Positions 9,103 through 16,853 of a stretch of 64,000 nt of DNA are shown here, one piece after another. Within the stretch, counting starts at the first letter, position 1. Each line of letters starts with the position of its first letter. The stretch comes from a virus, in the IMG/VR virus record IMGVR_UViG_3300047157_000105, positions 64,001-128,000 of that record. The stretch is one strand, 5' to 3'. The position numbers and the translations under genes are program-made. Below the pieces are notes generated by a model. That model had not been told where the DNA came from. It was given only the letters and a program-made list of their open reading frames with translations, and searched no databases.

Positions 9103-9549
9103 ATGTGGAAATATAAAGTAAAAGGTTTTGTTATTGGTGTTTTAGTAGTTGCTTCTATGCAAGTATTAGCTGCACAGAATATCAGATCAGGTGTAGTCAA
9201 AGATCATTATCATGATGTTGTAGTTATTGAACCGTACTACGTTGAAGTATGTGGTGAACAAACATCTATGGCTGGTGATGTGGCTGTAGGCGCTCTTTGG
9301 GGTGCAATACTTGGTGCAGTTGCAGGAGATGCAATAGATGACAATGGTGGTAGAATACCAGGAGCTGTGATTGGTGGCATGATTGGTGCTAAACATGAAG
9401 AGAATAAAGGTGATGGTACAACAAAAATTGTATGTCAAACTGAACAGCGTAAGACTAAAACTGCTAAAAGAGAGTATTCACACTCAACAATTTATTTTAC
9501 AGTACAAGGTCAGCCATACGAACTAGACTTTATCCGCAACGATCGTTAA
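9103..9549 (+). CDS. secreted glycine-zipper 2TM protein (YcfJ-like)
   Basis: Signal peptide (VIGVLVVASMQVLAA); GALWGAILGAVAG...GAVIGGMIG zipper flanked by two Cys. Confidence 0.7.
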   Translation: MWKYKVKGFVIGVLVVASMQVLAAQNIRSGVVKDHYHDVVVIEPYYVEVCGEQTSMAGDVAVGALWGAILGAVAGDAIDDNGGRIPGAVIGGMIGAKHEENKGDGTTKIVCQTEQRKTKTAKREYSHSTIYFTVQGQPYELDFIRNDR

Positions 9550-9550
9550 T

Positions 9551-9724
9551 ATGTTTAAGACAGGCGATTTAGTAGAAAAAGTAGGTGGTGACTATACATT
9601 TGTAGGTCACGTAGTTGCAGTATTTGAAAAGCTTAGTGGTGCAGTACGATTAGTTGTTGAAGACGATCGTGGTGTACTACATGTCTACAGTGAAAAAATA
9701 TTGAGGCATGTAGATGAAAAATAA
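9551..9724 (+). CDS. DfrB/R67-type dihydrofolate reductase-like SH3-fold microprotein (57 aa)
   Basis: MFKTGDLVEKVGGDYTFVGHVVAVFEKLSGAVRLVVEDDRGVLHVYSEKIL aligns by eye with R67 [23 protein letters not shown]...YAVESE...GSVQIYP; missed by the ORF track. Confidence 0.55.
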   Translation: MFKTGDLVEKVGGDYTFVGHVVAVFEKLSGAVRLVVEDDRGVLHVYSEKILRHVDEK

Positions 9725-10010
9725 AGAAGTACCATTCAAGAAATGGACATTCGTAGATAAAAATGATTTAGATAATGAACATTGGTATATACGATTAGAA
9801 GGTGGAACATTCCATGATGTTATATATCGCTACATGGAAATTAAATTAAATGAGACAACAAAGTCGATAAACTTTGATTATGAAATAGTTGATTACCCAG
9901 GTGATGATCCTCATGGTGAGACAGAGTTTAATGAAGCGGCAGGCGATATTCTCAAAAGTATATTAGATGATGCAATGGCAAAGCAGGACTATGTACTCGG
10001 TAAAAAGTAA
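9714..10010 (+). CDS. conserved hypothetical protein of T4-like phages
   Basis: Co-oriented acidic 98-aa ORF. Confidence 0.65.
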   Translation: MKNKEVPFKKWTFVDKNDLDNEHWYIRLEGGTFHDVIYRYMEIKLNETTKSINFDYEIVDYPGDDPHGETEFNEAAGDILKSILDDAMAKQDYVLGKK

Positions 10011-10282
10011 TGAATGTAAAAGAAACTCTGACTATATTGTCAGAAGAGTGTGCGGAAGTAATACAAGCTAACTCAAAACTAATTAGATTTGGCCCTTATG
10101 ATGAAGACAATGTGGCTGAATTAGAAAAAGAACTCGGTGATGTAATGGCTATGATATTGATACTTGATTATTATGGTTATGTTTCAACAGAAAATATCAC
10201 AAAGAATGTAGAACCAAAGCTAAAAAAGCTTAAAAAGTACAGCAAAATTAAGAATTTAAATAAGATAATTAAGAATTTATAA
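10010..10282 (+). CDS. MazG-like nucleotide pyrophosphohydrolase
   Basis: LSEECAEVIQA...LEKELGDV (ExxE...ExxD). Confidence 0.75.
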   Translation: MNVKETLTILSEECAEVIQANSKLIRFGPYDEDNVAELEKELGDVMAMILILDYYGYVSTENITKNVEPKLKKLKKYSKIKNLNKIIKNL

Positions 10283-10286
10283 TTAT

Positions 10287-10294
10287 TATAAATA
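10287..10294 (+). promoter_or_regulatory. T4-type late promoter TATAAATA
   Basis: Exact gp55 consensus, intergenic, heading the 10325-16800 operon. Confidence 0.8.
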
Positions 10295-10324
10295 CCTTTA
10301 TATCTATATTTTATAAGGGTTTTA

Positions 10325-11011
10325 ATGCAGTCACTCAAAGGTTATCTATCAGAAGGAAGACACGATCCTTCAATATTCAAAGCGGTTTTTATGGCAGGTG
10401 CTCCAGGCGCAGGTAAATCCTTTGTCGCTGAATCTATGGCACTACCCGCCCAATTAGGATATAAAGAAATTAACTCTGATATAGAGTTTACTCGCTATAT
10501 GAAAGATGCAGGATTAGCTGATGAAAATGGTGCAGTTATCCTTGATCCTAAACAAGAATATGAACGTAACGTAATACGTACTGTAGCAAAGAGACATACT
10601 AAAGCCAAACAAGGTCACGCCATGGTAGGTAGATTAGGTCTACTTATTGATGGTACAGGTGCAAATTCTTCTAAAGTATTAACACAAAAGCAAACACTAG
10701 AAGCGCTTGGTTATGAGACATCTATGATATATGTCAAGCTTGGTTTAGAAGGTTCTATTGAATCTGACAGACAGCGGGGTGAAGCAGGTGGAAGATCTAT
10801 CGGACCAGAACTTGTAACCGCCAAATACAATGAATTAGAGAAGAGTTTAAAACCATTGAAGAGATCATTTGGTAAAATGTTTTTCGAGATAGATAATTCA
10901 GTGAGGGAAAAAACACCAGCCCTAATTCGTAAAGTAGAGAATCAAATTAAAAAATGGTCTAAACAATTGCCTAAAAATAAAGCTGCGAAAACATGGATGA
11001 AAAATAACTGA
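10325..11011 (+). CDS. P-loop kinase (zeta-toxin/PNK-like), probable internal head protein
   Basis: FMAGAPGAGKS Walker A, INSD and LLIDGTG; N-terminal MQSLKGYLSE leader. Confidence 0.75.
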   Translation: MQSLKGYLSEGRHDPSIFKAVFMAGAPGAGKSFVAESMALPAQLGYKEINSDIEFTRYMKDAGLADENGAVILDPKQEYERNVIRTVAKRHTKAKQGHAMVGRLGLLIDGTGANSSKVLTQKQTLEALGYETSMIYVKLGLEGSIESDRQRGEAGGRSIGPELVTAKYNELEKSLKPLKRSFGKMFFEIDNSVREKTPALIRKVENQIKKWSKQLPKNKAAKTWMKNN

Positions 11012-11250
11012 TGAAGACGTTAAAACAAATTAAAGAAGGACCAGGCAGTAAGAGTGAACCATGGGAAAAAGGTTATAAAAGAAGAGTTGTAAAGACCACA
11101 AAGCCTGAGCATACGGAGATGGGGTATAAGTGGAGAATTAAAGGTAAAGATCGTGATGAGATCTCTATTAAACTATATAAGTCTAAACCAGATTTTGCTG
11201 AGTTTAAAAAGCAAATGAGAAGAGTAGCAGGACACGAATTCGGCGGATAA
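11011..11250 (+). CDS. basic hypothetical protein, probable internal head protein
   Basis: MKTLKQIKE leader. Confidence 0.65.
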   Translation: MKTLKQIKEGPGSKSEPWEKGYKRRVVKTTKPEHTEMGYKWRIKGKDRDEISIKLYKSKPDFAEFKKQMRRVAGHEFGG

Positions 11251-11251
11251 T

Positions 11252-11584
11252 ATGAAAACATTAAAACAAATAGAAGCAATCGATTGTACATGCGAAGAGA
11301 TGTACAAAGAATTAGTAGTTGAAAAGTATGAAGGCAAAACACTAAATGAGCCTATACGTTCACCACAAGGAAGTAAACACAAGTTCCATGTATATGTAAA
11401 GAATGATAAAGGTAATGTTGTAAAGGTTACATTCGGTGATCCTAATTCAGAAATTAAAAGAGATGATCCTGCAAGACGTAAAGCATTTCGTGCACGTCAT
11501 AATTGTGATCAGAAAAAAGATAAAACTAAAGCAGGATATTGGTCATGTTACCAATGGAGAGCTGGTGCAAAGGTAGATAGTTAA
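11252..11584 (+). CDS. conserved basic phage protein (FGDP...FRARHNC...YWSC family)
   Basis: Characteristic motif family of marine phages; MKTLKQIE leader. Confidence 0.7.
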   Translation: MKTLKQIEAIDCTCEEMYKELVVEKYEGKTLNEPIRSPQGSKHKFHVYVKNDKGNVVKVTFGDPNSEIKRDDPARRKAFRARHNCDQKKDKTKAGYWSCYQWRAGAKVDS

Positions 11585-12969
11585 TGCTTTCATTTAAAAC
11601 AAAACAACTAGAAGAAAAAGCTCCTCCCGGTATGAAAGCCCTAGTAAAGGGATTTAAAGCCGATGGTATGGATGACGACAAAGCTTTTGCTATTGCTTGG
11701 TCTATATACAATAAGAAGAAAACTGAAGAGAAAACTCCGGCAAAACCACAAGATGATGATTCAGGTTGGGTAGAAGAGTATATTACAGAAGGTACAACAA
11801 CTGCATCTACTTTATTTGAACTTGTTATTATTGCCTGTATCAATGCTCCAACAAACCGTAAACGCTTTGATGCTTATATGGCGCGTGATAGAGGATATCA
11901 AGGGTGGTTGGCTGCAGCGAATAAAGATAAAAAATGGAATACTGACCCTGACCAATTATTTAAATTTGCTACATTATTAAAAAGATCTACGCGAGGTAAA
12001 TCAGCAACTTCTGCTGGTCAAACTTCTCCAGCAACTTCAACAATGTGGAAAGAAGTTACTGGTAAAGGTTCGGATACTTCTAAAGCTGATGTTAACATTG
12101 ATAAGCATCGAGTATCGGTTAAAGGTCCCGCAGCAAGATTAATGTCTGGTGTAAAAGAAGAAAGCTTAGCCACATTATATGCAGCATTTGATACTTTAGG
12201 TGTAGATGATCTCGGATTAGAATTAGAAAAAATAGTAAATAATTTTGTATCACAGGTAAAAACAGTGGGCGCAGATATGAATACGAAGACTATTAAAGAG
12301 CAAGATCCTAAAACGCTATCGGCTGAAAATAGAAAAGCATTTAAGGATTTAGAAAAACAAGTACAAGTTAAAGTACAAGCTGAAACAGCATTTAAAAAAG
12401 CATTTAACAATAAACAATTTGCTGATGCATTTGCTTGGGAAGCTATGAGCGGCGAAAAGAAATTTGATCGTAAAGAAGGATTTTCTGATGCAATGTTAGT
12501 GTGGAATTATGATTTAAGCGGAGTTGTATGGCATCCTAATTTAAGTTTAAATAATAAGTATACTAAAAAAGTTTCAGGTCAAATGAAGTTTTCTGCTAAT
12601 GTTAAATCAGGTTCATATAAAAAAGCCGGTACTAAGTATGGATATTCCATATCACAAACTGTTGGATTAGCTATGAAAACAGCCGAAGACGAATTTGAAG
12701 TAGCTAAGAATGAAAGTATAGAACAAAGAATGAATTTAGAAAATATGTTAACAGAAGGTAGAATAAATGAAGCAAAATTATTAGATATGCTTAAAGGTGT
12801 TTGGGAAAGATTAAAAAATGCTATAAGAACTGCTTGGACAAAATTACTTAATGTTATTTCTAACTTAGTACAACAAATAAAAGATGCTGTTGATGGCGGT
12901 ATAGATAAAATGTTAAACGCATTTGAATTAGAACCAATAATTAGATTTAACGATAATATAAAACTATGA
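11584..12969 (+). CDS. probable internal head protein with possible PD-(D/E)xK nuclease-like core
   Basis: MLSFKTKQLEE leader; AFAIAWS motif; TSKADV...RVSVK. Confidence 0.55.
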   Translation: MLSFKTKQLEEKAPPGMKALVKGFKADGMDDDKAFAIAWSIYNKKKTEEKTPAKPQDDDSGWVEEYITEGTTTASTLFELVIIACINAPTNRKRFDAYMARDRGYQGWLAAANKDKKWNTDPDQLFKFATLLKRSTRGKSATSAGQTSPATSTMWKEVTGKGSDTSKADVNIDKHRVSVKGPAARLMSGVKEESLATLYAAFDTLGVDDLGLELEKIVNNFVSQVKTVGADMNTKTIKEQDPKTLSAENRKAFKDLEKQVQVKVQAETAFKKAFNNKQFADAFAWEAMSGEKKFDRKEGFSDAMLVWNYDLSGVVWHPNLSLNNKYTKKVSGQMKFSANVKSGSYKKAGTKYGYSISQTVGLAMKTAEDEFEVAKNESIEQRMNLENMLTEGRINEAKLLDMLKGVWERLKNAIRTAWTKLLNVISNLVQQIKDAVDGGIDKMLNAFELEPIIRFNDNIKL

Positions 12970-14195
12970 ATTTAAAGACACACATAGCAGAAGCAAAGAA
13001 TACTCACATGACCCATATCGAGGATATGGTAATTGATGGTGGAGTAGACGGAGCAAGATCAGCTATCTTTGCATTAAGAGATTTAAGAGATATGTTGGCT
13101 GGTCATTCGAATGATACCAAAGCAGTTACAGTCAAATGGGATGGAGCTCCTGCAGTATTTGCTGGTATCGATCCATCTGATGGTAAGTTTTTTGTTGCAA
13201 AGAAAGGAATATTCAATAAGAATCCTAAGGTGTATAAATCAGTAAAGGATGTGAAAGCTGATACCTCTGGTGATCTAGCAAAGAAACTAACAGTAGCATT
13301 TCAAGAATTAAGTAAACTTGGTATAAAGAAAGGAGTCTACCAAGGTGACATTATGTTCACAAAACCAGACTTAAAGAAAACAACAATTGATGGGAAGAAG
13401 TATGTAACCTTCCACCCAAATACTATAGTATATGCAGTACCCGTTGAAGCAGCGCAAGAGATTATGAGAGCAAAGATTGGTGTAGTGTGGCATACTTATT
13501 ACTCAGGCTCAACCTTTGAAACGATGAATGCAAGCTTTGGTGTGACCACTGCAGCGTTTAAAAATGTCCGAACGGTATGGCAGAAGTCCGCCAACCTACC
13601 AGATGTTTCTGGTTTAGCCACATTAACCAAAAAGGATACTGATGAAATTACGAAACACATCTCGAATGCAGGAAAGCTCTTTCAAAAAATCGCTGCCACG
13701 ACGCTTAATGACGTGGCTACAAATAAAGATATTAACCTCTTTATTAATACCTTTCGAAATACGAAGGTTAGATCGCAAGATGAAGTCACGGACTCCGCGG
13801 CCTATGTTGAAGAGCTTATCGCATGGATATCAAATCGTTACGACACCGAAAAAGAAAGGCTTAAAAGCGATGCTGGGAAGGATAGGAAGGAAGAAGCGAA
13901 GCTGGCAGCCTTAGAATTCTTCTCAGATGATAACAGAGATAGCCTTATAAGTATGCTTGATATGCAAAATGAACTAGTAAACGCTAAGATTAAGCTATTA
14001 AAACATCTGGACAGTATGGATAGTATAAATACATTTGTAAAGACTAAAGACGGATTTAGAGTAACAGGCGCCGAAGGATATGTTGCTATAGATCATTTAA
14101 CAAACGGTGCAGTTAAAATTGTAGATAGGATGGAATTTTCCTATAATAACTTTAGCAAAGACATAATCAAGGGATGGGAGTCCGAATCACGATGA
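12966..14195 (+). CDS. conserved T4-like protein (DUF6267-like) with ligase-type KxDG motif
   Basis: NTHMTHIED, TVKWDGAPA, YQGDIMF, EGYV and VKIVDR parallel covalent nucleotidyltransferase motifs I, III, IV and V. Confidence 0.65.
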   Translation: MNLKTHIAEAKNTHMTHIEDMVIDGGVDGARSAIFALRDLRDMLAGHSNDTKAVTVKWDGAPAVFAGIDPSDGKFFVAKKGIFNKNPKVYKSVKDVKADTSGDLAKKLTVAFQELSKLGIKKGVYQGDIMFTKPDLKKTTIDGKKYVTFHPNTIVYAVPVEAAQEIMRAKIGVVWHTYYSGSTFETMNASFGVTTAAFKNVRTVWQKSANLPDVSGLATLTKKDTDEITKHISNAGKLFQKIAATTLNDVATNKDINLFINTFRNTKVRSQDEVTDSAAYVEELIAWISNRYDTEKERLKSDAGKDRKEEAKLAALEFFSDDNRDSLISMLDMQNELVNAKIKLLKHLDSMDSINTFVKTKDGFRVTGAEGYVAIDHLTNGAVKIVDRMEFSYNNFSKDIIKGWESESR

Positions 14196-14737
14196 AATTA
14201 ATAGACAGATTAGTAAAATCATATACACGTATAGATGAAGCAAGAGTAAAAGATAATCATAGGTGGAATGCCAATGATGAATTAGCTACTATGAATTTCA
14301 TTTATAAAGACTTTAAAAAAGAATTAGGTAGAGATCCAGGTAAACCATACATGGATGATGACGCATTAGTAGTAGGCGATGAGACTGTACTTAATGTTAA
14401 CGACAATACATCAGTCGCTGATATGAAAAAAGCGGTACAAAGCTGGGTTGCAAAAAATGCTAAGCCCGCTGCTGATGAAACTAAAATGGGTAAATTCAAT
14501 GTTAAGTTACCTACTGAATTAGCCGGAGTACTTGGTAATAAAGCATCTAAACTTGAAAATCCACGTGCAATTATTAAAACAGATGCTGGCTCTGCTAAAG
14601 AGATCCAATCAGCTGTTAAAGGCAAAGGTGTAAAGTTTCGTATGATGAAACGTAAAGATCATGTTGCTGTATACCTTGACTTTGATGATGGTAAACTAAT
14701 GCAAGATGCATTAAAGAAAGTAGCAAAGATCAAGTAA
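14192..14737 (+). CDS. hypothetical protein, probable internal head protein
   Basis: Start more likely at 14192 (ATGA overlap); ...TRIDE/A cleavage-like site; internal TATAAATA at 14024-14031 upstream. Confidence 0.6.
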   Translation: MKLIDRLVKSYTRIDEARVKDNHRWNANDELATMNFIYKDFKKELGRDPGKPYMDDDALVVGDETVLNVNDNTSVADMKKAVQSWVAKNAKPAADETKMGKFNVKLPTELAGVLGNKASKLENPRAIIKTDAGSAKEIQSAVKGKGVKFRMMKRKDHVAVYLDFDDGKLMQDALKKVAKIK

Positions 14738-15561
14738 TGTCACTGCATAGCTTTAAAGAACACTATCTTGAGGAGGCTGCAGCCGAAACTGTAACCTTAA
14801 ATTGGGGACGATTTAATCCTCCAACTATTGGTCATGAAAAACTTTTAGATATATCTATGTCTAAAGGATCTGGTGTACACAGAGTATATGCAACCCAATC
14901 ACAAGATAACAAAAAGAATCCTCTTGAATGGAAAACTAAAATTAAGTATATGCGTAAGGTATTTCCTAAGCATGCAAGACATATACTTATGGATAAGAGA
15001 GCAAAAACAATATTCGATGTTCTGACTATAGCACATGATGACGGCTTTAAGAATGTAGAGTTGTTTGTTGGTCAAGATCGATTAACAGAATTCGAAACAT
15101 TAGTTAACAAATATAATGGTGTAAAGGGTAGGCATGGTTTCTATGACTTTGCATCCATTAAAATACTTAGTGCTGGTGATCGTGATCCAGATGCAGAAGG
15201 CGCAGAAGGTATGTCAGCCTCAAAAATGAGAGCTGCAGCTGCTGAAAATGATCTTATATCATTTACTAAAGGTCTACCACCAAGGTATAGAGATGCCGAA
15301 GCACTTATGACTGATGTGCGTAAAGGCATGGGTTTAAAAGAAGAGAAATCTTTTAGACAAGATGTAAAATTAAAGAAGGCTTCAAATCTTCGTGAGAAGT
15401 TTGTGGCTGGTAAATTATTTAACGTGAAAGATCCTGTGAAAACAAATGATGGCCAAGAAGGTATTATAGATACACTAGGAGCTAATCATGTTAAAGTAAA
15501 GTTGAAAGGAGACGGAAACTTTAAAACTTTCTGGCTTCAAGATATATGTTTAAATAATTAG
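14737..15561 (+). CDS. cytidylyltransferase-like (HIGH-family) nucleotidyltransferase
   Basis: GRFNPPTIGH, VGQDR and GMSASKMR; conserved in marine T4-like phages. Confidence 0.85.
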   Translation: MSLHSFKEHYLEEAAAETVTLNWGRFNPPTIGHEKLLDISMSKGSGVHRVYATQSQDNKKNPLEWKTKIKYMRKVFPKHARHILMDKRAKTIFDVLTIAHDDGFKNVELFVGQDRLTEFETLVNKYNGVKGRHGFYDFASIKILSAGDRDPDAEGAEGMSASKMRAAAAENDLISFTKGLPPRYRDAEALMTDVRKGMGLKEEKSFRQDVKLKKASNLREKFVAGKLFNVKDPVKTNDGQEGIIDTLGANHVKVKLKGDGNFKTFWLQDICLNN

Positions 15562-15572
15562 GAGAATATATT

Positions 15573-15896
15573 ATGTCAAATATGGCAGGTGTAACAAAAG
15601 ATATGTACCCCGAAGGAACTGTAGCAGACTTAGACGGTTTCAAAGGACCACATGGTGAAGTATTACTAGGTGTTGAATTTACTCAAGAAGAAGTAGATTC
15701 ATGGAATGGTACAAGCTCGGACTTACCAGCGACTGGCGCTTCGGCTACCAGTAGCGCTAGTCCAGAAGTATCTAAGGTAACAGCAAAATCCACAAAAGAA
15801 GAGATGGAGATAGCGGGCCGTGAAATAGGTATTGAGCTAGATAGACGTAAGTCTAAAAAGACTCTATGGAGTCAATTAAAGAAGGCAATGAAGTAA
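15573..15896 (+). CDS. hypothetical protein with C-terminal Rho-N/HeH-like motif
   Basis: TKEEMEIAGREIGIELDRRKSKKTL; AGGAG RBS. Confidence 0.6.
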   Translation: MSNMAGVTKDMYPEGTVADLDGFKGPHGEVLLGVEFTQEEVDSWNGTSSDLPATGASATSSASPEVSKVTAKSTKEEMEIAGREIGIELDRRKSKKTLWSQLKKAMK

Positions 15897-15916
15897 AACC
15901 CTAATAAATATATATT

Positions 15917-16273
15917 ATGGAATTGACTAAGAATAACTTCGAGTTATATGCTGCGAAGCATTATCAAAAAGATAAGTGGTCCACCGACGATGATTTTAAA
16001 GAAGATATCTCTCGGTTTAAGTATATTAACAGATTAGTCAATAGGTATTATCGTGATGATGAATTAAAAGAACGATTAATACTAAACCATATTATTGTTT
16101 TAGGTAATGTGTTAGGACCATCAATCTGTGCAGAGATACTAATGCACAAAACTCATCCGGTCTTACAAAGTATTATTAAAACCTTCTTGGTATATTTAAA
16201 CTATTTGCCAGAAGAAGAGTATGTTGAGATTCCATTAGACTCAACTGTTATAGACGTATTAAGGAAGTTATGA
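15917..16273 (+). CDS. conserved hypothetical protein of marine T4-like phages
   Basis: ELTKNNFELYAAKHY...KERLILNH; preceded by an AATAAATA late-like box. Confidence 0.7.
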   Translation: MELTKNNFELYAAKHYQKDKWSTDDDFKEDISRFKYINRLVNRYYRDDELKERLILNHIIVLGNVLGPSICAEILMHKTHPVLQSIIKTFLVYLNYLPEEEYVEIPLDSTVIDVLRKL

Positions 16274-16800
16274 GTAGATATTTAAAAGAAGGTGCAGTAG
16301 ACTTATTCATGACGTATAAGTTTATTCGCTTGCTTACAACTAAGTGGAATAAAACTGAAGCATTTAAAACTGGTGTCATTGACGACAAGGGTAAGCTATT
16401 AGTTAAAGGTAAAGATCAGACAGAGAAACAAAAGAAATCTTATCAGTTATTCGACAAATTAGTTTTTAATTTAAAAAGAATCTTAGAGAAAGTACCGTTC
16501 GGAAAATCTCAGATTGCTTCTTATGCTGCAGCATTATTTCTACTTAAAGAAAATACTGATATGGCAGAAGAAGATATCCTCAAGGTGCTTGAGGATTTAG
16601 GTCACGATACTTCAATTGATTTAAACGAAGAGTTTAAAGAACTTCATGAGGGCCAATACATACTAAATCATGATCTGCAAGAAAGCAGTAAAGGGACAAT
16701 TGTGAATTTAGATAATATAGAACCAGTTGGGCAATTCGCTGGTGTTCCTATATATAAAACACAAGAAAAAATTTTTATATCTGTAAACAATATATTATAA
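16270..16800 (+). CDS. conserved hypothetical virion-associated protein
   Basis: DLFMTYKFIRLL...GVIDDKGK...SYAAALFLLKE; MSRYLKE leader. Confidence 0.7.
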   Translation: MSRYLKEGAVDLFMTYKFIRLLTTKWNKTEAFKTGVIDDKGKLLVKGKDQTEKQKKSYQLFDKLVFNLKRILEKVPFGKSQIASYAAALFLLKENTDMAEEDILKVLEDLGHDTSIDLNEEFKELHEGQYILNHDLQESSKGTIVNLDNIEPVGQFAGVPIYKTQEKIFISVNNIL

Positions 16801-16801
16801 G

Positions 16802-16831
16802 TATGTACTTTCACACTTAGTGTGATATAAT
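16802..16831 (+). promoter_or_regulatory. class A promoter of nrdA with a palindrome in the spacer
   Basis: tatgtactttcacacttagtgtgatataat. Confidence 0.8.
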
Positions 16832-16853
16832 ATATTTATTTAATTGGAGTGAC

